A stretch of 56,399 nt of DNA from Deltaproteobacteria bacterium (GCA_016874935.1 VGSS01000003.1:1-56399); one strand, 5' to 3'; positions 41,853 to 51,890 are shown, counted from the stretch's first letter. Numbers and translations are program-made. Notes: a model not told the origin generated them from the sequence alone.

Positions 41853-43583
41853 TTAATCGGTTCGGCTAACACCTGATCCGGCAGGCAGATAGACGTTGAA
41901 GGAAGCTCCTCTGCCGACATCGCTCTCCACCCTGATCACTCCGTTATGGTTTTCAATAATTTTATGGACGATGGAGAGGCCCAATCCCGTCCCTCCTTCT
42001 TTGGTCGTGTAAAAGGGTTCGAAGATTTTTTCTTTTTCCTGCGGGGCGATCCCGCTTCCGGAATCGGCGATCACGATCTTCACCCAATCTTTTCCCCTCT
42101 CTGCGGGGTGGAATGGGAAGCCCCCTCCAAAAGTCTCGTTTGTCTTTTCGATATGAATCCGAATATCACCACCCTCTGGGATGGCCTGGGCCGCATTGAT
42201 CAGAAGATTCCAGAAGACCTGCCTGATCTGGTCCGGGTCGATCAGCGCCTCAATTTCTCCATTTCCATGGGTCCTCGTGATACGGAGCCCCTCATGAAAG
42301 GCCGGAGAGTGGATGAAAAGTTCAACCGTTTCATCGAGGATCTTCACGATCCCCCAGGCGGATCGATGGATCTGAGGGGGATTGGCGAAGAGGAGGAAGT
42401 CGGTGATCAATGCGTTGAGCCTCTCCGACTCCCGGAGGGTGATTGCCATCAGGTGTTCTTGTTGTTGATCGAGAGAGAGTTCCGATTTTAACATCTGAAT
42501 CGATCCGCTCAATGAGGCGAGGGGATTTCTGATCTCATGGGCCATCCCAGCGGCGAGGGTCCCGATGGCCGCCATCCGATCGTATCGTTTCATCTGCTCT
42601 TCCATCTCCTTGAAACGGGTGATGTCCTGGAAGATGAGGGTATATCCGATGACGGATCCTTCAGGGTCGGTCAGGGGAGAGATGGAGAACCCGAGATAGA
42701 TTTTTTCTCCGTTCTCATTGGAGAGAAGGGTTTCATAACGCTGGTAATCCGGGGAAAAGCCTGATGTCTCCCCTTTCAACCCCTCGAGGCCCCCGGCAAC
42801 CTCGGGAAAGAGGTCATGGATGTCAACATTCTTCAATCCTTCTCCTCTCCGGTTCAGGATCTTTTCTGCGGTCCGGTTGAGGAAATTGATCCTGCCATTG
42901 AGATCGATGGTGAGCAGTCCGCTGTCAAGGCTCTGGATGATATTCCGGTTGAAGGCTTCGAGTTGATCGTAATCGACCTGTTTCTGGATGAGTTCGCTCT
43001 TCTTCTTTTTCAATTCCTCGGAGATCATGCTGCTCAAAAAAGCGACGATATAATAGGCGGCCAGATAAGTGATCATGGGATAGAAAACTTGGCTGGCCTC
43101 AGGCGTAACAAACGGACCCGGGGGGCGGATCCATTCATAGAGCTGAAAGAGCAGGATGAGGCCGTAGAGAAAGGTGGAGAACGATGCCGAATAGAACGCC
43201 CCCCGTTTATAAAAGAGGATACTGGTCCCGATAATCGTAAAGATGTAGGCAATCGGAAAGAAGCTTTCCCTGCCACCAGTGTAGTAAATGAGGCCGGCGA
43301 TGAAGAGGTGATCGATCACCAGTTGGACAAAGGTGAATTGGCGGAGGTTTTTGACACGATTGAGAAGAAAGGCATAAGAGATCGTCACCAGATAGAAGAG
43401 GCCGATGAAATAGTAGAACTGGTTGGTCATGGGGATGAAGAAGTACTTCTTCTCGGAGAGCTGAAAGATATAGGCAATAGCGAGCAACAGGGTTAGGATG
43501 ACGATCCTGGAGATCATCAACCCTTTCACATTTTTGAGGATTTTCTGCTGGGCGTCGGGCGGAAAGTTCAGATTCGAATCCAT
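41853..43583 (-). CDS. pilS: PAS-domain sensor histidine kinase PilS
   Basis: Multi-TM N-terminus, PAS, AHEIRNPL, HATPase; in the pil operon. Confidence 0.87.
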   Translation of the reverse strand: MDSNLNFPPDAQQKILKNVKGLMISRIVILTLLLAIAYIFQLSEKKYFFIPMTNQFYYFIGLFYLVTISYAFLLNRVKNLRQFTFVQLVIDHLFIAGLIYYTGGRESFFPIAYIFTIIGTSILFYKRGAFYSASFSTFLYGLILLFQLYEWIRPPGPFVTPEASQVFYPMITYLAAYYIVAFLSSMISEELKKKKSELIQKQVDYDQLEAFNRNIIQSLDSGLLTIDLNGRINFLNRTAEKILNRRGEGLKNVDIHDLFPEVAGGLEGLKGETSGFSPDYQRYETLLSNENGEKIYLGFSISPLTDPEGSVIGYTLIFQDITRFKEMEEQMKRYDRMAAIGTLAAGMAHEIRNPLASLSGSIQMLKSELSLDQQQEHLMAITLRESERLNALITDFLLFANPPQIHRSAWGIVKILDETVELFIHSPAFHEGLRITRTHGNGEIEALIDPDQIRQVFWNLLINAAQAIPEGGDIRIHIEKTNETFGGGFPFHPAERGKDWVKIVIADSGSGIAPQEKEKIFEPFYTTKEGGTGLGLSIVHKIIENHNGVIRVESDVGRGASFNVYLPAGSGVSRTD

Positions 43584-43651
43584 AAGACCCTATCATCCCC
43601 AAAGGTCTGCATTCAAACTTTTTTTTTGGTTCCGGTTACGTCGGGTAAGCG

Positions 43652-44857
43652 TTAACCCACAGCCGAGGCCATCTGAAAGATGGGCAAATACATCGCAATG
43701 ACGACCCCTCCGATCACCACCCCCAGAAAGACCATCAGGAACGGTTCGAGGAGAGCGGTCAGATTGCCTACAGCCACATCGACCTCGTCGTCATAGAAAT
43801 CCGCAATTTTTGTCAGCATGGAATCCAGGGCGCCTGTTGATTCTCCAACGGAGATCATCTGAATCACCATGGGGGGGAAGATTCCGCTCCGACCCAGAGG
43901 CTCTGAAATGGTGTCACCCTCGCGGATGCTGTTTCTCGCATTCAGGATGGCTGTTTCAACGGTCCTGTTCCCAGCCGTCCTCGAGACAATCAGGAGCCCT
44001 TCAAGGATGGGAACGCCGCTGCTCACTAGCGTTCCCAGCGTCCGGGCAAATCGGGCCACAGCGACTTTTTTGAGGAGCATTCCGAAAACAGGCACTTTCA
44101 GTATGAGGCGATCGATCTGGGTCTTTCCCGACTCCGTCTTATAAAACTTTCTGAAAAAAAAGACGAACAGGATGACTGCAGGGATGATGACGACGATATA
44201 TTTATTGATGAACTTGCTCATGGCGAGAACAATTAGAGTGGGAAGCGGGAGGGACTGGCCTGCTGATTTGAACATCGTCTCAAAGACAGGGATGACGAAG
44301 ATCATCAGGATGATCACGACGAGGATGGCTACCGACACAATGACGGCGGGGTAGATCATGGCGGATTTGACCTTCTTTTTCAGGGCCTCCGCCTTTTCGA
44401 TATAGCTCGACAGTCGGTTCAGAATATTGTCGAGAATGCCTCCTTCCTCACCCGCCACGACAAGGTTCGTATAGAGATCATCGAAGGCGGAAGGGTGCTT
44501 TTTGAGGGCTCCGGCAAAGGTAGAGCCGCCTTCCACATCCTCCCTGACCTCTCGAATGATATTTTTGAAGACCTTATGCTCCTGCTGGGAAGAGAGGATG
44601 TCCAGCGATTGGACTAGAGGCAATCCGGCGTCGATCATCGTTGCCAGTTGACGGGTAAAGATGGCGATGCTGCGCTGTTGCACCTTCTTCCCCCCCGGCA
44701 GGGAAATCTTGAACTCTTTTCCTTTTGCTGCGATTTTTGTGGGGATGATGCTCTGCTGCCGGAGATGGATGCGGATGGCTCCTTCACTTGGAGCTTCCAT
44801 CTCACCCTTCTTGATCGAACCCTTCAGTGTCTTTCCTTCCCATTTAAAGATTGGCAT
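43652..44857 (-). CDS. pilC: Type IV pilus platform protein PilC
   Basis: FTRQLATMIDAGLP, GEEGGILD, KVKSAMIYP, AMYLPIF. Confidence 0.95.
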   Translation of the reverse strand: MPIFKWEGKTLKGSIKKGEMEAPSEGAIRIHLRQQSIIPTKIAAKGKEFKISLPGGKKVQQRSIAIFTRQLATMIDAGLPLVQSLDILSSQQEHKVFKNIIREVREDVEGGSTFAGALKKHPSAFDDLYTNLVVAGEEGGILDNILNRLSSYIEKAEALKKKVKSAMIYPAVIVSVAILVVIILMIFVIPVFETMFKSAGQSLPLPTLIVLAMSKFINKYIVVIIPAVILFVFFFRKFYKTESGKTQIDRLILKVPVFGMLLKKVAVARFARTLGTLVSSGVPILEGLLIVSRTAGNRTVETAILNARNSIREGDTISEPLGRSGIFPPMVIQMISVGESTGALDSMLTKIADFYDDEVDVAVGNLTALLEPFLMVFLGVVIGGVVIAMYLPIFQMASAVG

Positions 44858-44878
44858 AATTCACCCTTACGGATTGAT

Positions 44879-45985
44879 TTAGGTTGTTTTGGCCTGCCTT
44901 TCTCTCTTCCCGCCCTGAATGCCCGCGTTGGATAACATCTGACGGAATTCTTCGAAATTGTGGCTACGCGAAGAGGCGTCTTCCAGGGATATAAGATGAC
45001 GCTCCACAAGGGAGAGGAGGGCCTGGTTCATCGTCTGCATTCCGAATCTGGCCTGGCCGACCTGCATCAGGGAATAGATCTGCTGGATCTTGTCCTCACG
45101 GATCAGGTTTCGGATGGCAGGGTTCGGAACCAGGACCTCCATGGCCATGGCCCGGCCTTTCCCTCCTAATTTGGGGAGGAGCTGCTGGGAGAGGATTCCC
45201 TCAAGAACAAAGGAGAGCTGTGTCCGCACCTGCTGTTGCTGGTGAGGCGGGAAGACATCGATGATCCGGTTGATCGTCTCCACACAGGAGTTCGTGTGCA
45301 GTGTGGCAAAGGTGAGATGCCCTGTTTCAGCGGTCAGAAGGGCCGCTTGAATCGTCTCCAAATCCCTCATCTCACCGATGAGGATGATATCCGGGTCCTG
45401 ACGGAGGACGTGTCGCAGGGCAGCGGTAAAGCTTTTGGTGTCGGAGTTGACTTCCCTCTGATTGATCATGCAATTTTTGTGGCGATGGAGGTACTCGATC
45501 GGATCTTCGATCGTAATGATATGCGCATTTTGCTCATTATTGATCTTGTCGATCATGGCCGCAAGGGTGGTGGACTTCCCGGTGCCGGTGGGACCCGTTA
45601 ACAATACGAGGCCTTTGGGCTTCTTAATCAATTCGTTGACGATGGGAGGGATTCCCAGTTCAGAAAAGTTGAGAATGTCGAAAGAGATGGCCCGGAAGGC
45701 TCCAGCCACGGCTCCCCTCTGCATATAGATATTCCCCCGGAATCGGCTCAGACCCTTGATGCCGAAGGAGAAGTCCAGCTCTATCTCTTCCTCAAACTTG
45801 TGGCGCTGTGCATCGGTGAGCACACTGTAACAGAGCCGTTTCGTATCGGGAGCAGTGAGAACGGTTGAGTCGACGGGCGTCAACTTTCCATCGATCCTGC
45901 ACTGGGGAGGGGAGCCTGTGGTGACATGTAAATCGGAGGCTCTCCTTTCTATCATGAGTTCAAGTAGTTTCTGCAATTCAATCAT
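44879..45985 (-). CDS. pilT: Type IV pilus retraction ATPase PilT
   Basis: GPTGTGKST, TIEDPIE, AETGHL and AIRNLIRE motif. Confidence 0.96.
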   Translation of the reverse strand: MIELQKLLELMIERRASDLHVTTGSPPQCRIDGKLTPVDSTVLTAPDTKRLCYSVLTDAQRHKFEEEIELDFSFGIKGLSRFRGNIYMQRGAVAGAFRAISFDILNFSELGIPPIVNELIKKPKGLVLLTGPTGTGKSTTLAAMIDKINNEQNAHIITIEDPIEYLHRHKNCMINQREVNSDTKSFTAALRHVLRQDPDIILIGEMRDLETIQAALLTAETGHLTFATLHTNSCVETINRIIDVFPPHQQQQVRTQLSFVLEGILSQQLLPKLGGKGRAMAMEVLVPNPAIRNLIREDKIQQIYSLMQVGQARFGMQTMNQALLSLVERHLISLEDASSRSHNFEEFRQMLSNAGIQGGKRERQAKTT

Positions 45986-46012
45986 GCTTCCCCTTCTCCT
46001 TTTTTTGAAAGA

Positions 46013-47806
46013 TCATCGGTCGTCCATGGTCGACCTGAGCACTTCTTCGATCGTGGTCAATCCTTCTCGAATCTTACATATCCCGCTCTGCCTGAGGGTC
46101 TTCATCCCTAACCGCATGGCTTCTTTCTTCACTTCGGAGGTTGACGCACGGGACAGGATGAGTTCCTTAATCTCTTCTTTGTTAGCCATTACCTCATAGA
46201 GTCCCACTCGACCTTTATAGCCTGTATTATTGCAGATGGAACATCCCTTTCCTTTGTAAGTCGGGAAGGATTTCACCTCATCCGACGGGACTCCCAGATC
46301 GATCAAAAGCTGGGGATGAACCTTGATAGGTTCTCGACATTCCATGCAAATTTTTCGAATTAATCTCTGAGCCAGGATGAGGATGACAGCCGATGAGATC
46401 AGAAAAGGTTCAATCCCCATATCGATCAATCGGGTCACGGTTCCGGGCGCATCGTTGGTATGGACAGTGCTCAGGACGAGGTGTCCGGTGAGGGCGGCCT
46501 GAACCGCTATCTGGGCTGTCTCGAAGTCCCGGATCTCGCCCACCATGATAATATCAGGATCCTGACGGAGGAAGGCCCTAAGCGAAGAGGCGAAGGTGAG
46601 CCCGATCTCCTCATGCATCTGGACCTGATTGATCCCCATAAAATTATATTCCACGGGATCTTCGGCAGTGGTGATGTTTTCGGTCTCTTTATTCAATTCG
46701 GATAGGGCAGAATAGAGGGTCGTTGTCTTTCCGCTTCCCGTGGGCCCGGTGACCAGAATCATCCCCACCGGTTTTCGGAGGGCATTTTTGAAATCCTCAA
46801 GGGACGATTCTTCAAACCCTAATTTGACCATGTCGAGTTGTAAAGACGATTTATCGAGAAGGCGAAGGACCACTTTTTCTCCGAAGAGGACAGGGACGGT
46901 GGAAACCCGGAAGTCCATCTCACGGCCTTTGCCGAGGCGCAATTTGATCCTGCCGTCCTGGGGAAGGCGCCTTTCAGCGATATCGAGCCTTGACATAATT
47001 TTTAAACGGGAGACAATGGCGTTCTTGATCTGGATGGGGAGCGTCATCTCTCGCCTCATGACGCCATCGACACGGTATCTGACCCGGAAACTCTTTTCGT
47101 AAGGTTCAAAATGGATGTCGCTGGCCCCCAATTTGATCGCCTTGATCAGAACCCCGTTGACGATCTTGATGATCGGACCTCCGATCTCGCCTGTTTCATC
47201 TGCGTTCTGGTCCTCAACGACCTCGATATTATCGACCGCTCCATGGACCAACTTGTCAAACTCATCAACATCGACCAAACTGGCGTCGAGCAGGTCGAAA
47301 TCAGATTCCGAGGATTTATCCTCATCAATGGAGTAATCGAGGGCCTGAAAAGTCGTCGTCCCCAGTCCGGCTACACTCCCCCCCCCGCCGTAATATTTCT
47401 TTATGGCATCGACAATCTCTGTCTCCGAAGCCACCACCGGTTCAACATTGAAGCCGGTAATAAATTTGATCTCATCGATGGCGACAATATTGCTGGGGTC
47501 GGCCATCGCCAGTGTCAATTTGGGGCCCACACGATTAATGGGAATGATAAAATATTTTTTGGAGATACTCGAAGGAATCAATTTAACGACATTGGGATTG
47601 ATTTCCATTTTCGAAAGTTTTACAGGGTGAACCCGGTACTGGGCGCTCAAGAAGGAGAGAAGTTCATCCTCTTTAATAAAGCCCAACTTCACCATGTTGG
47701 ACTCTAAACGCCCCCCCTTCAGTTTTTGTTCTTCCTGTGCTTTTTTCAGTTGCTCAGGGGTAATAAAATTTCTTTTAATGAGTAGTTCGCCTAATCTTTC
47801 TGACAA
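46013..47806 (-). CDS. pilB: Type IV pilus assembly ATPase PilB with N-terminal MshEN
   Basis: RLGELL...ITPEQL, SDIHFEP, PQDGR, GPTGSGKTT, CxxC...CxxC. Confidence 0.95.
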   Translation of the reverse strand: MSERLGELLIKRNFITPEQLKKAQEEQKLKGGRLESNMVKLGFIKEDELLSFLSAQYRVHPVKLSKMEINPNVVKLIPSSISKKYFIIPINRVGPKLTLAMADPSNIVAIDEIKFITGFNVEPVVASETEIVDAIKKYYGGGGSVAGLGTTTFQALDYSIDEDKSSESDFDLLDASLVDVDEFDKLVHGAVDNIEVVEDQNADETGEIGGPIIKIVNGVLIKAIKLGASDIHFEPYEKSFRVRYRVDGVMRREMTLPIQIKNAIVSRLKIMSRLDIAERRLPQDGRIKLRLGKGREMDFRVSTVPVLFGEKVVLRLLDKSSLQLDMVKLGFEESSLEDFKNALRKPVGMILVTGPTGSGKTTTLYSALSELNKETENITTAEDPVEYNFMGINQVQMHEEIGLTFASSLRAFLRQDPDIIMVGEIRDFETAQIAVQAALTGHLVLSTVHTNDAPGTVTRLIDMGIEPFLISSAVILILAQRLIRKICMECREPIKVHPQLLIDLGVPSDEVKSFPTYKGKGCSICNNTGYKGRVGLYEVMANKEEIKELILSRASTSEVKKEAMRLGMKTLRQSGICKIREGLTTIEEVLRSTMDDR

Positions 47807-47909
47807 TTTTTATTCCCTTGTAAAATACTACGCCTCATCCGGGCGGTTATTTCCTGGTAGACGCAGCCTTTAAAACCTGAAAAAATCATGTCAAGCTATA
47901 AACTAAAGA

Positions 47910-47926
47910 AGCAAGATGAGTGCCAA
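47910..47926 (-). promoter_or_regulatory. Sigma54 (-24/-12) promoter upstream of pilB
   Basis: Minus strand reads TTGGCACTCATCTTGCT, matching TGGCAC-N5-TTGC(A/T). Confidence 0.8.
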
Positions 47927-48020
47927 AAATTGACATTTTTTAATCCCTTGATATAATTATGTTAATTCAATTCTTTGTTTTTTAATCTCTGAATGGGTGC
48001 TAAAAAAAAGGTTCAAATGG

Positions 48021-49532
48021 TTAATAATTATCCAGGCTCTCTCCTTGTTGAGAATAGAGGGGTAATTTGACAATAAAGGAGCTTCCTTTCCCGGGTTCGC
48101 TCTGAACGGTGATCTCGCCTTGATGAGCCTCGACGATCCACTTGCAGATGCTGAGCCCGAGACCGCTACCTCCCTGCTCCCTTGAACGGGCTTTGTCCAC
48201 CCTAAAAAATCGATTAAAAATCTTCTCCTGATCCTCCTTGGCAATTCCAATGCCCGTGTCTTCAACGATAATTTTAGCAAACGTTGCAGCTTTTCTTTCT
48301 TTTGGAGTCAGCGGGTTTAAGGAACCACCTGCCCTCCGCAAGGCTTCTGGAGGCGGGTCCGTCTCTTTTGTCAGAGTGATCAGGATGCTTCCCCCCGCTT
48401 CAGTATATTTTATTCCGTTTTCAATCAAATTGATAAAGAGTTCCCTCATCCGGAGGGTGTCTCCGAAGACATGGATCTCATCCTGGTGATTCGAAATTTC
48501 GATCCGGATGTTCTTGGGCTGGGCCAGAATCTTCATCTGTTCGGTCAATCCTCTGATGAACCGGGTCAAATGGATATCTTCTCTATTCAATCGGATCTCG
48601 CCGATATCCGCTTTGGAGAGAAGCAGGAGGTCTTCCACAATCTTCGACATTCGATCGATCTCCTCGAGATTACTCTCCAGAATCTGTTCATATTCGTGAA
48701 GCGGTCTTTTCTTCCGGAGGGCGACCTCCACCTCTCCCTTAAGGATGGTCAGGGGGGTTTTTAATTCGTGAGAAGCATCTGTGGTGAATTGTTTGATCTG
48801 GCGGAAGGACTGATCCAGTCGGGAAATCATCTCGTTGAAGGTGTCAATCAGCCTCGATATCTCATCCTTGACCTTGAGGGTCTGAATCCTCTGGTTCAAA
48901 TTTTGCGAGGTGATCATTCGAGCTGTCTGGGTAATGCGATCGACCGGTTTCAATGCCTTATTGGCAAGAAATTGCCCTCCCAAGCTGGCGATCATGAGGA
49001 TCGATGGAACGGTGACGATCAGGATGATCAACAGGGTGTTGAGGGCATCTTCCACATCTTCAAGGGAGGAGGCGACCTGAATCATTTTTGTCACCTGGTT
49101 TTGCTCTTTCACAGGGTAGGTGATGATCCGCAACGGGGTGTTTCTCAGGGAGTGATTGGTTTCATACGTGATCAAACCCTTTGAGCCGTTCCTGAGAGCA
49201 TTGAGGCTGATCGGGAGCTGAACGCTTTTTAAGTTTTCGGACGTTCGACCGATTCTCCCCGATTCGTCGAGAACCTGAATGAATTTCCCGATTGGTTTTA
49301 AATTCATTGAAGCCTCAAGGGCCTGATCAATGTTCCCGAAACCAAATTTGGATGATGGCGAGGTCGATTCCGAAGCGATCAGCTCGGCAAGAGACCTCAA
49401 TTTATGATCCACATCACGATAGAGACTTCTGGAGAGGGTGAGGTACAAAAAACTGCTGAAAGAGATCAACAGAATTCCCAGGATGAGGACATACCATAGG
49501 GTAAGTTTAAAACGAAGGCTTCTGAAATCCAT
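48021..49532 (-). CDS. HAMP-domain sensor histidine kinase (heavy-metal CusS-like)
   Basis: LRFKLTLWY, two TMs, HAMP, DASHELKTPL, RFFRVDKARSR, GSGLGL. Confidence 0.9.
   Translation of the reverse strand: MDFRSLRFKLTLWYVLILGILLISFSSFLYLTLSRSLYRDVDHKLRSLAELIASESTSPSSKFGFGNIDQALEASMNLKPIGKFIQVLDESGRIGRTSENLKSVQLPISLNALRNGSKGLITYETNHSLRNTPLRIITYPVKEQNQVTKMIQVASSLEDVEDALNTLLIILIVTVPSILMIASLGGQFLANKALKPVDRITQTARMITSQNLNQRIQTLKVKDEISRLIDTFNEMISRLDQSFRQIKQFTTDASHELKTPLTILKGEVEVALRKKRPLHEYEQILESNLEEIDRMSKIVEDLLLLSKADIGEIRLNREDIHLTRFIRGLTEQMKILAQPKNIRIEISNHQDEIHVFGDTLRMRELFINLIENGIKYTEAGGSILITLTKETDPPPEALRRAGGSLNPLTPKERKAATFAKIIVEDTGIGIAKEDQEKIFNRFFRVDKARSREQGGSGLGLSICKWIVEAHQGEITVQSEPGKGSSFIVKLPLYSQQGESLDNY
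48328..48357. repeat. 30-bp CCTGCC...GGCGGG palindrome inside the kinase CDS
   Basis: cctgccctccgcaaggcttctggaggcggg resembles the intergenic 4773-4806 palindrome. Confidence 0.6.
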
Positions 49533-49563
49533 TTAATCCCTTTTCACAATCGGTACAGGGCCT

Positions 49564-49589
49564 GCCCTGTACCAGACTCGGTTCAGGGC
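49564..49589. repeat. GCCCTGTACC-N6-GGTTCAGGGC hairpin overlapping the regulator stop
   Basis: Same arms as 27302-27327 and 53556-53581. Confidence 0.75.
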
Positions 49590-50260
49590 CTGTCTGGAGA
49601 GAGGATATATCCGACCCCCCGGATGGTATGGATCAGTTTAGGTTCGAATCCCTTATCAATCTTTTTTCTGAGGTAGTTAACATAGACATCGACGACATTC
49701 GTCATAGAGTCAAAATGATAATCCCAGACATGCTCGGAAATCATGGTCCGCGTCAGCACCTTGTTCGGATTCCTCATAAAATATTCTAAAAGTCCATATT
49801 CCTTGCTGGTGAGCTCGATCTCTTTCCCTCCTCTTGTCACCCTGTGGGTAACCGGGGATAGGATTAAGTCAGCCAACTTTAGAATCGGTTCCGCATCCAC
49901 CCTCTCACGACGTAAAAGGGCGCGAACCCGGGCCAAAAATACTTTAAATTCAAATGGTTTGGTTAAGTAGTCATCGCATCCCGAGTCTAAGCCTTTCACA
50001 ATATCTTCGGCCGAGTGCTTTGCAGTGACAACCAGAATGGGAACCTTATTTTTATTACTCCGGATTCTCCTTAAAACATCCAGCCCGGGTATTTTGGGGA
50101 TCATCAAATCGAGCACAATCAAATCATAATCGTTCACCTCGGACATATAAAGGCCCGATTCTCCATCGAGGGCCGTATCAACGGCGTAGTGCTCTTCTTC
50201 GAGCCCTTTTTTAATGAAATTGGCCACTTTGATCTCGTCTTCTATAACGAGAATTCTCAT
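49583..50260 (-). CDS. OmpR-family response regulator (heavy-metal CusR-like)
   Basis: MRILVIEDE, DDYLTKPF, LTSKEY.LL, VVDVYVNYLRKKID, TIRGVGY. Start ATG 50260. Confidence 0.92.
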   Translation of the reverse strand: MRILVIEDEIKVANFIKKGLEEEHYAVDTALDGESGLYMSEVNDYDLIVLDLMIPKIPGLDVLRRIRSNKNKVPILVVTAKHSAEDIVKGLDSGCDDYLTKPFEFKVFLARVRALLRRERVDAEPILKLADLILSPVTHRVTRGGKEIELTSKEYGLLEYFMRNPNKVLTRTMISEHVWDYHFDSMTNVVDVYVNYLRKKIDKGFEPKLIHTIRGVGYILSPDRP

Positions 50261-50562
50261 CTGCAATTTCCCATCGGAAAGGATCAACTCTTTATAACAT
50301 TATAAATTTAATACAAAAAATTGCAATATCCAATTGTTTTTCTTTTTGAAACTCCTCAGTTAAAGAGATAGAAAAGAGCCGGGAGGTTCTTCTGTAAAAA
50401 CTTTGAAACCAAACCTCTATCCGTTGAACTACACAGGCCCGTTTTCAAAAATCACTATGTAAAGGGCAAGACGGATGATTTGCATGACATCTATGACCGC
50501 TTTATAAGGTTTTGGAGGGAGAGCCTCCCGACTCTTATTGGCCAAGCAACCTCTATCACTGA

Positions 50563-50804
50563 GAAGGTGTGAAAAAATCATATTTCCAGAATCGGCATCC
50601 TTCCGGCGCACAGGGTTGGAGGGATTGGAGAAGCTTTAGGGCGGAACCTCTAATATTAAACTATGTTGCCTAAACCTGAGTCATACCGCTATCTTACTGA
50701 AAACGAAGGTTACCCATAACATCTAATGACCCGCGTTCTAAAGCTTGGACAAGACCCCCAACCCTGTGGGCCGAGGCACAGTGCACCAATTTTTTCACAG
50801 CTTC
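50563..50804. mobile_element. 242-bp MITE with 16-bp TIRs and TGA duplication
   Basis: gaaggtgtgaaaaaat / attttttcacagcttc (15/16), tga on both flanks, long internal pairing. Confidence 0.75.
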
Positions 50805-50834
50805 TGAGGGTTTACTTCTGTTTTCCCCTTTTGC

Positions 50835-50864
50835 TTGACACCATCCCTGCAACTCTGTTAGCAT
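50835..50864 (+). promoter_or_regulatory. Possible sigma70 promoter of the nitrilase gene
   Basis: TTGACA-N18-TAGCAT with TGn extension. Confidence 0.45.
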
Positions 50865-50895
50865 TTCTGAAATTTTCAATCAGGAGAGGCGACCA

Positions 50896-51708
50896 TTGAT
50901 CAAACTTGCGGGAATACAGACATCTTGTAATGAAGAAAAAGAGAAGAACACCGAAAAGGCGATAAAATTTGCACAAATTGCCGTCGAGCGGGGAGCCAAC
51001 ATCATCTGCTTCCAGGAACTTTTCGCCGCGCATTGGTTTCCAAGAGAGATGAATCCCGACCATTTTCTCCTGGCGGAGACAGCGGATGGCCCTACCATTA
51101 TGAGGATGCAAGAATTGGCCAAACAGCACAGGGTGGTTCTGGTCTGCCCGATTTTTGAAAAAGAAGGGCAGGCGTTTTATAATTCCGCAGTGGTTATTGA
51201 CACGGGAGGGGAGGTTTTAGGAATCTATCGAAAGGTTCATGTTCCACAGATTCCCCTCTGGGAAGAGAGATTCTATTTCTCTTCCGGCAACCTTGGATTT
51301 CCCGTGTTTCAAACGAAGGTTGCTGTGATCGGCGTTCAAATCTGTTGGGACAATTTTTTTCCGGAAGGATCCAGAATATTGGCCCTGAAGGGAGCCCAGA
51401 TCATCTTTTCCCCTACGGCAGCTGCTTTTGCCTCACAGGAGAGGTGGAGGACGGTGATTTCGAGCAATGCGATGACAAATGGGGTATTTATCTTCAGGGT
51501 GAACCGGGTGGGAAGCGAAGAGAAACAGGACTTCTACGGTAAATCCTTCTGCGTGTCTCCGGAGGGAGAATTGATGGACAAACCCAGTGGAATGAAGGAA
51601 GGCATCACTTTGATCGACATCGATCTCAAAAACATCGACAGGATCAGAAAGGAATGGCCTTTTTTAAGAGACAGAAAACCAGAAGCCTATAAAGATATTT
51701 TGGTATAG
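50896..51708 (+). CDS. Carbon-nitrogen hydrolase (N-carbamoylputrescine amidase / beta-ureidopropionase-like)
   Basis: Glu-Lys-Cys triad: FQELF, YRKVHVP, ICWD. Confidence 0.88.
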   Translation: MIKLAGIQTSCNEEKEKNTEKAIKFAQIAVERGANIICFQELFAAHWFPREMNPDHFLLAETADGPTIMRMQELAKQHRVVLVCPIFEKEGQAFYNSAVVIDTGGEVLGIYRKVHVPQIPLWEERFYFSSGNLGFPVFQTKVAVIGVQICWDNFFPEGSRILALKGAQIIFSPTAAAFASQERWRTVISSNAMTNGVFIFRVNRVGSEEKQDFYGKSFCVSPEGELMDKPSGMKEGITLIDIDLKNIDRIRKEWPFLRDRKPEAYKDILV

Positions 51709-51723
51709 AGCAAAGGCCAAAAC

Positions 51724-51862
51724 TAAAGGCTATCTCTAAAAATGTCATTCCTGCGAAAGCAGGAATCCATAAGCTTTCGATATTAACGGACTCCCGCCGG
51801 AGTTTACCTTGATCTCGATACGAGGCGGGAGTGACAAATTGGAAATTATTAGAGGTTCTCTA
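51724..51862. repeat. CGTC-like hairpin pair within weak inverted ends
   Basis: tgtcattcctgcgaaagcaggaatcca (51743-51769) and ggactcccgcc...ggcgggagtgaca (51788-51836). Confidence 0.75.
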
Positions 51863-51890
51863 AATATAGTTTTTCCAGACAGGTTTAAAT

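Noticed and set aside
50563-50804. 6S RNA
   Set aside because: It is rod-like but bounded by TIRs and a target duplication, and lacks the usual zapA/ygfA context. A covariance search would be needed to exclude it fully.
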